A stretch of 64,000 nt of DNA from Zygnema circumcarinatum SAG 698-1b (Eukaryota; Plantae; Zygnematophyceae). The stretch spans positions 6,673,909-6,737,908 of the forward strand of contig CM074804.1 of assembly GCA_037447605.1 (NCBI GenBank), written 5' to 3'. The translations under genes were made by a program, and so were the position numbers. Below the pieces are notes generated by a model. It was not told the origin of the DNA, searched no databases, and saw nothing but the letters and a program-made list of their open reading frames with translations. This document shows, one piece after another, positions 31,410 to 43,943 of the stretch; position 1 is the stretch's first letter; each line of letters starts with the position of its first letter.

Positions 31410-34400
31410 ATGAGCAGAGCAGGTGCAACAAGCCGGACGGTGTACGTTGGTAATCTGCCTGGAGATGTTCGTGAACGGGAAGTTGAAGACCTCTTTTACA
31501 AGGTTTGTCACAATACATTCATTCTTATTTCATTCACGTCACAGATGAGACTTCTGATGTGTGGGAAGTTTAGCTCTCCATAAAAATCCTCATCATGATC
31601 AAACGTCATGTTACACAAATTCATGTTGTGCCTTCATCAAATTAGAGAAGATGGTCGCAAGTTCAAGGCTGCCCCGCTCTTTGCATTATGTCAGTTATTC
31701 CTTGGCCGAATGCCTGAATTTGTCACGCTTGTAACGCTGCAAGGAATTATTTGTGGATGGAAAATTTGCAGTATGGCCGGATTACAGATATTGACATCAA
31801 GACTCCAAGGGGCGGTTTGCCGGCTTATTGCTTCATAGAGGTAAGCTTCTGTCTTACAGTCGGGTCCATTCTTACAAATTATACGGATTGTCAGGAATTG
31901 ATTTGCATATGTGACTTCTTTGAAATGGAAATGTCTTTTTGTTCATTCTTGTGTAGTCACTTTAGGCAACATGAAAGGCATATTTTTTAGCAGCTCAGAA
32001 GGAAACCAGCTTAGATGGTGTGAGCAACTTTTAAAATCACAGACTATCTATAGCATTAATGCATGTTCAGAGTGCACATTATGAAGGTTCACGGCATGGA
32101 ACATGTGTATTGGTGGGACGATCGGTTTTATAGATTTTCAGATGTTTGGGAATGCCAAGTATCAATGCATATTAACGCATATTGTTCAGCATTTAATGCT
32201 TTCCTATTCTTGACTATACAGTTTGAGGATCCAAGAGATGCTGAAGATGCCATTCGTGGGAGAGATGGATACGACTTTGGTGGCAACAAGTTGCGGGTAA
32301 GCCTGAGTTGCGTCACGTCTGCTTGCTGAGTCTGGTCCAGTTTTTCAGAGCGGGAAAGCTTAATTTGTAGAGACAGGATTGATTGAACTTGGGTTTATAT
32401 TTTGTGAGATCTATTTGGCGGGACACCTGCATCTCAGCCATTTTCAGGAATGGGAAATTTAGAGTCATGGTGGATCCCTGTCAACTCGCATCGACGCTAT
32501 GCCTGCATACAGTATCCAGCTGCTTTATTCGCTTCTATTGTTGGTTCCTTTGCGTGCTTCTATGTCTGTCTCGAACAGGTTGAGCTGGCACATGGAGGAG
32601 GAGCACGGGGAGGGAATTCGTATCCCTCTGGGGACCGCTATGGTGACAGTTATGGACGCAGTGGCGGAGGTGGTGACGGATATCGAGGGGGAGGTGGTGG
32701 TGGCGGCGGCGGCGGCGGTGGTGGCGGTGGCGGTGGTGGAGGTGGCGGCGGCGGCAGCGGAGGGGGTGCGGGTGCCGGTGGTGGTCGGACTGGTGGTGCC
32801 CCCAGGCGTTCAGAATTCAGGGGTGAGGAGCATCCTGCACCCAATAAGCTTTAGCCCTCAGACAAAGTCAAGAGGTCCAGGCTATTTAAAAAGCATTCTC
32901 TACATGAGTCGTTTATGTTGTTCTCGGCAGAAAGCAAATTTTCCAGGGATATAGCCATCGGCTTCAATCATTGTGAAGCCTCAGACACGTATTGTGGACG
33001 ATGCTGTCGATACTTTTTTTGGATGCACTGAATTCCTGCAAGGTCCCAAGTCTATGCTTAGCAGTGTTTTTTGGCGGCAAGTATTGACCTGATGATGGTT
33101 AGGCTTAGCCCTGAGTATGGGATCATGGTAGATGTCATGATGTGCAACGCAAACTCGGTGTCAGTGCACAGCGTTACTGAAAGCAGCTGTAGACTTGGCT
33201 TGTATAGGTTACCACATTCTGACTTTTGTCTCAATCGGTGCATGCAGTTATTGTGACAGGGCTGCCATCGTCCGCTTCCTGGCAGGACTTAAAGGTAAGG
33301 TGATCAAGTGAAGTGGGTTACGTTCTCATTACTACTTGGCCTTCCACGATACAAATGTACTTGAATGTAATCCTTTTGATCCTTATTGATAATAATCTGT
33401 GAATGTCTATCTTTGAGTTTGTATCCTTGGATAAATAAGCACGTCCTTGACCTTCCTTTTGCGTAGTCTCTTGTTTCTGTTGAATTTCTATCGGATGTCG
33501 AGCTTTCCTCTGATATACTTTATTGTACGATTTTGAAACAGGATCACATGAGGAGAGCTGGCGATGTCTGCTTTGCTCAAGTGTTTCGAGATGGCAGTGG
33601 TAAGCCCCAAATGTGGAACTTCAAGTTGTTGTTGTTGCCCTGAAATATGACTCATCTATCAGTTGAGGGTTTCTGTGTTTCCGTTGTTTTTGCACTTTCT
33701 ATGTTGTTCGTGTATGTTACGATGCTGCTGTTATTTTTTTAGACTTGGGGCGATGGGGATTGCAGGGCACATGGGTATTGTTGATTACACCAATGCGGAG
33801 GACATGAAGTACGCGGTGAGTTCAAAGAATGTTTTTGTGTATATTGTTTGATGGTCATTATTCCCGCTTACTTGCCAATCACCATGAGCATGTTTGATTC
33901 TTCATCTGTATGCCTTACTAAGCTCTGTCAAAATCTCGTTCACGTGATCTTTCTTTTAATTCCGGTCTGGAATATGCAGATTCGAAAGTTGGATGACTCA
34001 GAGTTCAGGAATCCGTTTGCTCGCGGCTATATTCGGGTAAGCTCTTATTTATTCTGTTCAGAATTCGTCGATATGCAGGCTTTTGGTAGGTGTTTTTGTT
34101 TTCTCTCTCCCGCGTCTGCAGGCAATCTGTCTAATCTGCGTGTGGTAGATCTTCAAAGCCTTTTCAAAGCATTCCATAACTCATGTTGAAATTCCATTGT
34201 TTCTAGTTCATCAGTAACTTTGGGATAGGCTACTACTTTTTCCAGGTGAGAGAAGACAGGGGAGGAGGTGCACGAGTAAGTCGCAGCCCGAGCCGCAGTC
34301 GCAGCCGCAGTCGTAGCCGCAGCCGCAGCCGCAGCCGCAGCCGCAGCAAAAGCAAAAGCAAAAGCAAGAGCAAAAGCAAAAGCAAAAGCAAAAGCAGGAG

Positions 34401-36135
34401 TCCAAGCCGGAGTCGGAGGTACGCATCATCCTTTATTGGTGTTGGGTTTCGCAAATTACCATGTTGTAGGATTCAATAGGCATACTTGTGGGTGTGGGTA
34501 TCATCCAGAGAATTTTCATGTACAGCTTCGATGTTGATGGAATGTGCAACTTTTGGAAAGAACATAGTAAGTGACAGGGTCAGTTTCCTTCATTTGGTTT
34601 GGACCACCATCTCGGTTCGGTGTCGGTGATGTATGACCATCCCAGCCCCTTTTTTCAATTCATACAAGTACAAATAACTTTAAGGCAGGTATCCCCTTCA
34701 TTTTTTTTTGTTGGAAAACTTACATCTCTTGACGGTGTGTTAAGTTTCCACTGAGCGCTGACAAGTTGTCGGATGGAATTTTTTTGCTGCAATTCCTCCG
34801 TCACAACAAAATGAGTGCTCCGGGGGTTCACTCAATAATCCACACACTATGTTCTACTACACAACGCATACTCCTATGGTGCTATTTGAATTTACGATTG
34901 TCCTGCTAGAACTCACCTAGTGCATGTGTACCGCATGGAATGTTCGTCAAGTTTACTTGGTTTGGTTTGAAAGGACACGGCAAAAGAATTCCCTGATTTT
35001 TTTCGCACGCAATATTTTCATCTATTAGTTTGATTGTCTAAAGCAATGCATTTGTTGCGGCTTTGGAGATTATACGAGTTAGTGACACGTGACATGTGAC
35101 AATTGACTGTATGCAAAGTCATGTTTGCGGTTTTCCTCGAGTCTATGCGGATTTTGATTTTGTTGTGTTTTCCTTGAGGGAATAATTTACAGCTTAGCAT
35201 TGGACTTAAATAGTCTTATTTATTGCTGTTGCGGAAACTGGGCTCAACTTTGACAATAACGACTTGATGTTTGTTGGTTCTTGCAGTCCATCTCCCAGCC
35301 GTTCACGGTCTCGTTCTCGATCTGTGTCCAAATCTCCCAAACGATCGGTATGCAACTTTTTGTGTTAATTTCATAATATACATGTTTTTTTTTCTAGTTT
35401 AAACCTCGCTCATTTCCTCGTGCTGTGCTTTGTCAAACCCTTTCTCTTCTGCTCTCTCTATCTTTCTCCTGTGACTCTTATCAGAAGATGCCATGCCTCC
35501 TTGAAGAAGAAGACGTTCAGTAAGCTGGATGGCTTTCAATTGTTTTAATTCAATCAAGGAGCTTATACTGTCTTTGACCCTAGGTCTGTTGATGTTCTGC
35601 CGATCTTTCCTTCCTTTTTCTTACAATAACCGTTTGCATGCATTTTTTGATCCTAATCAAATACAGGTACTGACTTCTGTTGCTGCATGATTGCAGCCCT
35701 CTCCACCTAAGGAGCGTAGCGTGTCTCGTTCTCGATCTCCAGTTCGATCACCGGTAATGTTTGTTGCCCATTGCGTTGGGACGGGGATTTTGTGGGTTTT
35801 AGAGCGTGATTGGCTCTTTCTGAACTGGTTGTGCGAGGAAGTGTTTGCAGCTTCCTTGCAATTCTGCATATCACGTGACAAGGGATTTAAATTTTGCGCA
35901 TCAATCAGCTAATTGAAGTGTCTTAAGTCAGACCATGAAAACGATTCTGCACGCAAAAGTGCACTACGAAGCATTTCAACTAACCTCTCTTCTTCATGAA
36001 GCGTAAGGTCAACCATTAGGGATTGTGTCAATTTGGTGTGAGTTGGTTTCATGCTCGTTGTCTGACATTGTTGACATGTTGCTCGACTTGCAGGACCAAC
36101 GGCGAGACTCTCTTCCACCCGACAATGAAGACTGA
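31410..36135 (+). CDS. SR34: SF2/ASF-type SR splicing factor (SR30/SR34 family), 12 coding exons
   Basis: RRM1 [43 protein letters not shown]; Gly linker; RRM2 with SWQDLKDHMR; RS domain exons 34246-34418, 35287-35347, 35697-35753 and 36094-36135. Probable 5'UTR intron at about 30672-31396. Confidence 0.95.
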
Positions 36136-37319
36136 GCAGCATCAGAAATTCTTGATTGCGCGCCATTAAAGACTGTTGTCGGGATCCTTACGAGGCATTC
36201 CTTTTGTTCGATCCCTTCAGGGGATAGTCGAACCAATCGAGTTGCACATTGCCGCCTCCTCCTGCTTGTGCATTTCGTAGTTGCTGCTCGAACTTGGGTC
36301 GTGTTCTTTTTGGTACTACTTTTTGAGTTTTGTCCTGCAGGGAAGTTCTCGTCATTTAGCAGAACGTTTGTGTCTGCCTGTGTCTTGTTTCTTAGAGGTT
36401 GAGACCTGTCTTTAGGGGCCAACCACGGAGCAATGTCACGGGTTTGCAGTAAGAGTTCTGTCGCAGACAACGGCAATGTGTCTAGCATTTAGTCTGTTTC
36501 ATCAGTGGCCTCGGCCAATTGCTGTCCGCACGCTCTTTTAATGCCTGAGGCTAACTTCCGTTCTTTTTGTTTTACTTTGCTTAAAAAGGTTGCCAGAAAT
36601 TTGCGAGTGTCCTCAACCCTGGCTTACACTACGGTAACTCTAAATCTGCGTGGAAAGTTCCTAAACTCAAAACAGTGCTGAATTCGGGACGTTCCATGGA
36701 CTAACGACTGAAGGGAATTTGTTTATAAGGGACAAGTGCCAGTCACGGACAATTGACTGTAAGAAAAAGGAAAGCATGTCGTCATGGACAAATGACTAAA
36801 AGGCGAATGCTAGTCATAGATTCATATGTGGAGAAACACTTACAGCCGTGGACCAATGAGAAAAGTTATATTTGTAGCCATGACTAACCAGTAAAAAATA
36901 TAACTAAATTAGAAATGATTGGTTTGGCAATACAGGTCACACATGTTAATGACTTTCAACAAGTTAGCCACAGAATAATTACAACAATCTTTACAAGCGT
37001 TTTAATCTTTGACTTTCTTTTTGTTTCATTAAATATGCCGAGTTGGTGACTACATCTGACTGGTCAATTTTTGTCAGTAACTATGTCCGGTAATTCTTTT
37101 CTTTTAGCTAATAGTTCCTTTCTGATAAGTAATTCTTCGATAGTAGGTAGCCATAATTCTGCTTGGGCATGGCATGGTAATAGTTTTTGTAATGTAACCC
37201 GCTATTTGTGACTGACTGACAGTTGGCGCCACACGGCCCTACCGTCCTACAGTTCAGAATATGGCGCCGCCGCTTGATACACGCTTAAAAACCTCAAAGT
37301 GTATAGTACCGAGCTATAC

Positions 37320-37615
37320 TAGGGATGCACATTTGTCCGTACAGGCGACTTTTAGAGTTTTAGATTTCAGAATTAGAACCTTCTTACATCTAGAAGTTTC
37401 AGAGTTTTATAACAGTTTTAGAATGACCGTACAACCATTGAAATTGAACACCCGCCAACTTGAATTGCTCTCGCGCTGATCGTACCGTCGAGCCGTACGC
37501 CGTACAGTCAAACTGCTGGCTGGCCATTCTAAAAGTGTTTTATAAAACGGCTCGACTTTTAAAATGTTTGATTGGAATTCCAATACTCGACTCTGCGTTC
37601 CAATGTCCATCCCTG
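37320..37615. mobile_element. 296-bp degenerate hAT-like MITE
   Basis: Imperfect 14-bp TIR: TAGGGATGCACATT versus the reverse complement of the right end, CAGGGATGGACATT (12/14). Subterminal TTTTAGA/TCTAAAA repeats in inverted orientation. No 8-bp TSD is retained. Confidence 0.55.
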
Positions 37616-37907
37616 CTCTGAACCAGCAGTCATTTCGTACATGTTTGTCCGTAGCGCGTGCAGCGGTACGGTACGGCCTGTCGTCGGAGTGAGTCGAGGG
37701 CCTCGAGGCCGCCAAGTGTGGGCGAGCGGGAGAGAGGGTGAGAGAGAGAGGGAGACGGAGAGGGAGAGGAGAGAGGAGAGAGGAGGGAGGCGAGGGGAGA
37801 GGCGGAGGCGGAGGCGGGGGCAGTTGGAGCAGCACGATCAGTGCAAGGTGCAAGGATAGGGTTTGTGGATCTCATAATCAGGGAGAGGAGAGGAGGCGGA
37901 AGGCACG

Positions 37908-39311
37908 ATGATAACGAGCCGGAGCCTGGCCAAGCTGGCCACGTTGGAGCTGAGGCATCCAAGTAGGGTAGCTGCGGCGCTGCTGTGCGTCGTGTTGCTG
38001 CTCTACGTTCGCAATGTGCTGGTCGGATGTGGATCACAAAGGGTATTGAGGGTGGATCCGCCTGCAAGCGTTCTTCCGGTGGTTCAGCAGGGCGAGGCTC
38101 CTGCAGCAGCGCTGGACAGGTGGCTTGTGGAAAATAAACTTGCAGGAAGAAACGTAGTGACTGAGAAGAAACTGAAAGTCGCTGTGGTAAACAGCGTGTC
38201 ATGGCACAACGAGGTTGTCTTCTGGCTCGTCTACACTCTCCGGCTCATTCCAAATCTGGATCTTTCGCTTTACCTTTTCTGGAAGAAGTATGGATCTGAT
38301 AAATTCTTGACGAAGATAGATTCGACGGCAAGTTTTAAACAGTATTATATGCCTTCCTTTAAAGCTAAGGGCTCGGCAAATCAAAATCCTGACGTTATAT
38401 TTCTCACTACCTGCGGTAACGATATCAGCAACATAGAAGCCCCATTGATGGAGATGCTGAAGCTGAACCCGAAGCTGAAGCTGATTTGCATCGTCCATCA
38501 TCCCGAGGTCATCCTCAACGATACGGAGAGACTTCTTCCCTTTGCCAAGACCAAGTCGCTGACATTTATGAGTTTGGCACCTCACGTGGCGTCGTTCGTT
38601 GTATCTGACATAATCCCCGAATTGGTGCAGCATTCGGTGCTGTTTGCAAATGTTCCGAGCCTGTCTTCTCCCGCCACCTTCCTCTACGAGCCCAAAGCCC
38701 CTTGTCCTCGAGCCATGTCGGAAATGTATGCTTCATTTCCACAAGTTACCTCTTGCTTTAGTGACTTCGTTATCCAAGGGATGGTGGAATATACTCGCCG
38801 TAACTACTCTCGAATTTTTGAGGGGGTAAACGAGAAATTGAACAACAATTCAGGGAGCTGGGACACCTTCCATCTCAACCTCATGGGGGCCAGTGCGGGC
38901 AACTTGACCTTTCCCAAACCTGTCGATGAGAAGCTACGCTTTTTCAATGGGCTTTCATACGACCAGTTTTATGAGTTGATGCATCACAATGCAGCTTTGC
39001 TACCCGCTTTTGCCTCTTCCGATTACTACCTTAACGTCTCATCCTCGTCAGTGGCCGCTGCCCTCATTGCCAATGTTCCCGTTTTAGCAGACAGAAGGTT
39101 TCTCGAAGCTTACAGCTTCTTTGAGGAGGATGCTATCTATCTGCAGAACGAGGGCGAGACTGAAGCAGACGCTATAGAGCGCATTAGAGGGTCGAGTATG
39201 GAGGAAGTGGTAGAGAAGAGGAGGAAGCTGTTCGCTCTGAATGTGAAATTGATCGCAAAGAATGTTCAACTTTTCAGGTCAATCATCAGGGAAGGATTGC
39301 GCACCGGTTAG
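37908..39311 (+). CDS. Uncharacterised type II membrane protein, probable GT-B-fold glycosyltransferase (intronless, 467 aa)
   Basis: Long clean ORF with an N-terminal TM (VAAALLCVVLLLYV) and alternating beta/alpha pattern (VAVVNSVSWHNEV, DVIFLTTC, ICIVHH, FVIQG..RRNY, LLPAFASSDY..SSSSVAAALIANVPVL). The function is inferred from fold pattern only. Confidence 0.7.
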   Translation: MITSRSLAKLATLELRHPSRVAAALLCVVLLLYVRNVLVGCGSQRVLRVDPPASVLPVVQQGEAPAAALDRWLVENKLAGRNVVTEKKLKVAVVNSVSWHNEVVFWLVYTLRLIPNLDLSLYLFWKKYGSDKFLTKIDSTASFKQYYMPSFKAKGSANQNPDVIFLTTCGNDISNIEAPLMEMLKLNPKLKLICIVHHPEVILNDTERLLPFAKTKSLTFMSLAPHVASFVVSDIIPELVQHSVLFANVPSLSSPATFLYEPKAPCPRAMSEMYASFPQVTSCFSDFVIQGMVEYTRRNYSRIFEGVNEKLNNNSGSWDTFHLNLMGASAGNLTFPKPVDEKLRFFNGLSYDQFYELMHHNAALLPAFASSDYYLNVSSSSVAAALIANVPVLADRRFLEAYSFFEEDAIYLQNEGETEADAIERIRGSSMEEVVEKRRKLFALNVKLIAKNVQLFRSIIREGLRTG

Positions 39312-41077
39312 AGGTCTTGTCCAGTGCTCGGCTATATTTTGTAATTTAAAATTGTGCTTTCGCATAGATCCCTTCACGACCTGCATTCTTTACTTTTCGG
39401 AGAGTTTTTTCTCGCGTCTGTCGTCACTGGTTTTTGTTATATCGGTTGATTCGTTGTCTAACTCTCTCCATTTGTTTTGGAGTGTTACTATCTCCCTTGA
39501 TAGCGAGCAAATGTTTGCCCCTGTCAGATCTGGAATCCCACAGTTACTTCAAGATGTTGTATCTCACAGGTGCTGCTGTCAGAGTACTCAAACGGGAATG
39601 TTAATAAGCATGATTAAATCCCTTTTTGGCAGACCGGTGTTGAAGACCGCCTGCGTGCGTCTGGTTGCTTATGGATGCATTTCTCAGTCCTTTGGGAGGT
39701 AGGCGGGGCAGGAGAGACTGTGACCGTCACATCAGTCTTCTTTACCTGTCACTTGCCGTAGGTGATACGTGGCGACAGACAGAAAGTGTTTGGGAGAATA
39801 AGATGGCAGGTGGGAGGAGACAGGGGAGTTGCAAGTACTGAGGTCGTACTGCCAGAATATTTGGTGGCAAGAGAGTTTAGGGGAGGGAAACTGCCGTTTT
39901 GTGCTTCTGGAGTGTAGGTGATTGCAAAGGCAGGCTGGTGCTTGGGCAACAGATGGGCCAAGCATGAAGCATCCGCGCCTGCCCTGACCTGCAGTCGAAG
40001 GTATGGGGCTTGGAGGTACGAGACAAGGAAAGGCGGTCCGTAGGGGATTAGTTTTTGCGAGGCAACGGTTTATGGGGAGCATAGCGGAGAGACTGTGTAC
40101 ACTGTCAGAACTGAGGCTCGAATGCACGCTTCGCTAAAGTCGATTGCACGATGTGTCGTTGATTTAAAAACGTTCAGGATTCGCCACAGCACAGTAATTG
40201 ATTCTAACTGCTTGGTAACTGATCTAGCTAATTGATTCCATCCACACATGTACAAAAAGCTCCAGCACACAGTAAGTATGATGTTCGGCTAGGGTCCAGC
40301 AGCGGGTAATCTTCTCTCTTCACTTCTCCCTAAGCTGTTCCGTTGAAGCTTTCCATAGAGCAACAGTTTCATAATTTTCCCATGCGAACCTTTTGTAACG
40401 AGAGACACTAGAACAACAAATGAGAAAATGGATGGAGCAGGCTACAAGAAAAGGCCACACCCCTGTGAAGGAAAACTCATGCCGCACATTCAAGGCTACA
40501 CACGAATATGGAAGGACACTGGCCACTTGCTGTGATAGTGATAGACGTGCAGTCCACAAATAACTCAAGAGCATCGAAGAACATCGGCTTGAACTTCCGA
40601 TTCGTCAATGACTCGTCAGACACACATCACATTTGGCGCTTGGGTAAAAATAGGTTCTCAGGCTCTCTTGCAGCCCAAGCTGAGACATAGGATAAGCCCT
40701 GCAGACTGGACGAGGTGAAGTATGAGAAGCTACGAAGCAGAAAACTGGCAGCCAATAAAAGCTAAAACTAGAAGTTCCCTGCTTGTAGGATGAACGTCTG
40801 AGTCGACTTACACAGACTTCTCGGCCTGGAAGTAAAACTTCCATTGAATGGAGCTAAAGAGGCTCTCGCGTATAGCCTAAACAACATCAAACATAAATCA
40901 CGCAGGCTTTCCTCAGGAGGAGAAAAGCTCCACAGATTGAGTGAGGAGGATTTGATCCTTAAGTTGGAACCAATAGGAAGTCGCAGATAGGAGGCAAAAT
41001 GGATCACAATTCACACCTCGGTTCACAAGAGCCTCTCTTACAGGAAGTACAATCAGAACTTCCTGGGTCCCCTTCCC

Positions 41078-42855
41078 TCACAGGTCGAAATCGTCATCCT
41101 TAAGGGCTTGGGCAGCAGCTTCTTCCTCTTCCTCCAAAACAAAGTATGGATTATGCTCCACAGGCCTGAACAAGTACCCTGTTAACACGTAAAAGAGAAG
41201 GGAGGCTAGTTCACTTGCTAAATCTGCAGTCCATGCATAGTGGTATGGTGTGGTGCTCTTCAGCAGGTAAACTACAATACGTGTGAAGTAGATATAGCTG
41301 ACCACCATAACATAGAATTGGCGGAAGAGTGTCAGCTTTAGCACGTTGCGTGCAGCTTTTCCATCAGTATGGGAAGCCTCACGAAGGTGCTTGATAGACC
41401 AGACGATCGGGAAAAGGATGGCACAACAGCAGATGATATCCAGAAGATGGAATATGTCCTGCCAGGTAAACCATCCTTTCGAGGAAGGTCCACTTTCATC
41501 CAGAATAATAGTAGCAATGTTGGCGATGACCTGAAAAGCTCACCCAAAACGGAAGGTAACAATCACGTATCAATAACACCAACTGGAAAGGCTGTAGTGG
41601 CGATTAATGTCAGAATGTTATCAATGAATATGAGCATGTCATGAAAATGTTTGGCTTTTCCTGAAATAAAATTAACCGAGGCTAATACCATGCTGACATT
41701 TCAGTGTGCCAGTAAACGCCTCGCATTGCAGACTACGAAAACTACGAAAAACTCATTTCTTTCCACAAAAGACCTATGAAGGATAACATCGAAGAAAAGG
41801 ATACTACTGACACATTTTTCGCTTAGTGAAATGCGACATGAAGAAAAAAACAGGACTAAAGAGTATTAAACACGCCTTTGCATAACTTTTCCTCCTTTCA
41901 AAAGACGGGAAAAAAGGCCCAAAGCGCACCAAAAAGGAAAAAAAGGTAGACGAAAAGGTAGACAGATGTAAAAACGAGTAATTACCTGCAGAGGAATCAC
42001 AATCATGATGACCTTTTTCTCTTTATCTTGCAGAAAGGGCTTAAGGAAAGACCAGCCCGTGCCGATGAGAACAATGACTGTAAAGAGCATTACACCTCGC
42101 ACAAAGCTGAAGATGTAATAAGCCACATTCCACCCATGGGGAACACCTGTCGCCTTGATGTATGCATACTCTCCTGCCTGGGACAACACCGTGAGCGCTT
42201 TCAAAAAGACGAGAACTCCCATAAGCCAGTGGATCCGGTGAACTGAATCCTTCTTGCTGTAGCAGACATAAATCCAGGCACCTCCCGCGATAACATATGA
42301 GAGGAAAAAGAGCAGATAAAGCCTTGGCAACTGCGTCTTTCCTGCCGGCAGATAATCGGGTTTCGAGTTCCTTTCAACATTGTACAGGGCCAAACGCACA
42401 TTCATAGAAACTGCCGCATGCCTCTGGCAATTTGAGAAAAACAAGCTGTACTCCCTGGCATCTGGAACATTGAACTCGAAGACGAACATGTCGGATACAC
42501 CAGCACTGATCTTCGCCTCCTGCAATGTGAACAGCTTGATGATGTAGTTCGTGTCATCCAAGATGCAGCGCCCTTGCAGCCGATCTGCCTGCAGCTGTCC
42601 TTCAGCCTCCAAGGTGGTGATGAAGAATCCCATCTTCGCCAGATCAGCTGTCTTCGTCATCTCACTGTGGACTGTGATGTTTGTAATGTTCATGTTGATG
42701 TGTCCGGTTCCATCGAACCCGAAAGTATCAAACAAGATCACGTCTCTGGCATCTAATACGATCTCAGAAAGTGAAATTTCGCCATGGACGGAGCTGATAC
42801 ATGCGAGCGTCAGCAGCAACGCCTGCAACAGCGCGGCCCCACGGGAGGCCACCAT
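41078..42855 (-). CDS. GPR107/GPR108-like 'lung seven-transmembrane' protein (440 aa)
   Basis: Exons 42855-41986 and 41530-41078. Signal peptide; [82 protein letters not shown], C-terminal DDFDL. Confidence 0.93.
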
Positions 42856-43943
42856 GGTTCTGCGATATACAACAACACGGAAGCTAATCGCAGCGCTCTC
42901 TTCCCCTTCTGGTGCCGCCCCTGCCGAAGAGGGAAGCGCTTCCTCCGCTCTACCTCAGCTGCTCTGCCGCCATGACGACGAGCACTTCAAGAGGGACCTT
43001 GGCGCCTCAACCAGGAACGACGACGTTCCGCGGAACGGGAGCTGTCTGGGCGCCGTTCCACCAAACGGCGGCCGTTAGGGTTTGCCAACGATTGGGCACA
43101 ATCACGGACAACGTGCGCCGTACATACACCGTACGGTGGCAAATTTGGACAGTCTACATTCCAGGACCGGCTGAAGGCGGCGCTTGATTCGTGCAACCGT
43201 ACACTCATGCTGGGCCACCTGGCACACATCGCACGTGTAAATTCAAACGAACCAATGAAAGAACGGCATTGTGCGTGCGAAGGACGAGTTCACGGCGAAT
43301 CAAAGTGACTCGCTGACTAGACCGTACGGCCGACACACGTGATTCGTGCAGCCGGACTGCCGCAGCCCGTACGAATATCGTACGGTGAAGAATAGTGATC
43401 CGTATGTATCAAACGCGTGTATAAGGGCCCAGATTTGCGCCCTGAGGCGTGCAAAAGGGGCGCGTCAAACCTTAACATTTCTCGAAAGTGCAGCATTCGA
43501 AACTAGTGGATGATGATGATGCTTGCCAAGTCGGGCCAGGTCTGGCTGCAGCCCCCATAGGAGGAGGCCAGACTTTGGTTCTGTCTCGTCACGCTTCGTT
43601 TGCTCGGTCCTTGGAAGATCCGTGGGGTCTTTCGAGTTGCTTCGCTGAGGTAGGTTGGCAGGTCGCTCTTGTTTTATTTTTGTTCGTCATTTTTCGGTTC
43701 CTCGTTTCCTTCGTTCATTTTCACTCTAAGCGCTGGCTGGGCCTTTCGTCCTATGAACTGTTTTTTCTTTGTGTTCCGTTTGGACTTCGATGGCTGGGCG
43801 GACCATCGCGAGTATACTACTAATAGTTTTACTCTATAAGAGTTGAGAAACACACAATTATCAAAGCAAAATTCAACAAAACTGGCTCAGGAGGCAGCAG
43901 TCGGGGTCAGTCCCAGCTCGGGGGGGGGGCTACAGATGACTCC

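Noticed and set aside
37345-37420. TTTTAGAG/TTTTAGAT runs as interstitial telomeric repeats
   Set aside because: They are not TTTAGGG and not tandem; subterminal repeats of the hAT-like element explain them better.
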